A stretch of 64,000 nucleotides of DNA from Chiloscyllium plagiosum (taxonomy: Eukaryota): contig NC_057718.1 in the NCBI RefSeq assembly GCF_004010195.1, forward strand, positions 51,902,373 to 51,966,372. Direction: 5' to 3'. Below, one piece after another: positions 62,896 to 64,000 of this stretch (positions are counted from its first letter, which is position 1; the number at the start of each line of letters is the position of its first letter). A model generated the notes under the pieces. The model was not told the DNA's origin and searched no databases. It worked only from the letters and a program-made list of their open reading frames with translations. The translations under genes and the position numbers were made by a program.

Positions 62896-64000
62896 ACCAC
62901 AATATACCTATTAATTCATGACTAAATTTTTGATTCCGCTTGTTAGAGAATAGGAGGTTATCTAAGATATTGTGTTTATCTTGACTGATTTTAGTACAGG
63001 AGAAATTAATTTGTTTTTAACTATGCAACCTTGTGGCTTCATTACTTTCGGAAATAATTGATACTTTTGATTTTTTCTACTTTGTTTCAAAGTTACTGAT
63101 CTGTATTGGGGTCATAAAAGCAGTAAGAAAAATTGTAACAACTGTAAAACCACCTTTTTTTGGAGCAAACAAAGCATTTCAAACATTGAACAAGTAATTC
63201 AGAATTGCTTTGGATTGTAAAGCTACCTCTGTGAAAAGTTTATTTGAATGAACTTCTAATTAGGTTTCAGAATTAAGACAATAATGAACAGTGAATGCAG
63301 TTAAAATTATAACACAGTGTACCTGGACATTGATAGACACTCTAAATTATTTCCAACATTCACACCAATAAAAACTATCAGCCTTGTTTATGAAAATAAT
63401 CTATGTATACACAATCCAGAATGAACATGTACATATTTTAAAATGTGCAGCTTCTACTTTAAATTTAATGATGACTGAATTTTCCTAGGTGCCTGTACGT
63501 GGCTATGAATAATGCAAGGTATGAGGCTAATTCTAAAAAAAAGACTTTGGGTCAGTTTGCCAATGGGTTCCCTGCCTCTAGCTGTTTTCCATTAGCATAG
63601 GATGGATCCAGTACTATAAATCTGTGTATCCCATGGTGGATTACCAATTAAAGTTGTTGAGTGACTAATTGGTGGAACTTTCACACAAGGCAAACCGACC
63701 AGCTCGCTCAGGCCTCCACGACTGACTGATGCCATCCCACCCCACTATGTCAGTAATGTGACAAAGAGAGAAGGCAGTTTTGCAATGAGTAGGCTACCTG
63801 ACAAAGAAAAGGGATTTAAATATTTTTGTCAGAACATGATGGGGCTACTTTCTTCTGTAAAGACCGTGGCTTTTTATTTGTATGTATTATTAATTGTGCA
63901 CTGAAGCAAGCAAAGAACAGTTATAAAACCAAGGACTACTGCATGTTTTGAATACAAGACACCTGAGAGTCATTGCAAGCATCATTTATACAGATGCTTG

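Noticed and set aside
51722..64000. SS1 mini-exons of alpha-neurexin
   Set aside because: No EDNNVE, LAHLMMGDQ or GKSK-like exon was recognised, although 12-30 nt exons could be missed by eye.

Overview
Eukaryotic genomic DNA. The HE1-type SINEs and CR1 LINEs point to an elasmobranch (shark); this is inferred from repeat content only. The window lies inside an alpha-neurexin gene on the minus strand, best match NRXN1. Three coding exons of the LNS2 domain are visible: 51420-51721, the alternatively spliced SS2 mini-exon with two in-frame donors (47163/47142-47186), and 46005-46166. The last two are absent from the ORF track. Everything else is intron, densely filled with decayed retroelements: HE1 SINEs, CR1 and CR1/L2-clade LINEs, at least four Penelope-like element (PLE) families, and Gypsy and Harbinger remnants. 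There are two N gaps. Most notable: (1) more than ten minimal hammerhead-ribozyme motifs in the PLE ends, with stem covariation between families and several in the sense of the neurexin pre-mRNA; (2) fold-back PLE derivatives with a constant one-sided tail, one of which captured about 240 bp of nearby intron sequence through microhomology switches; (3) clustered UACUAAC and UGCAUG motifs around the SS2 mini-exon. Repeat family names come from motif recognition, not database searches, and boundaries of old repeats are approximate.
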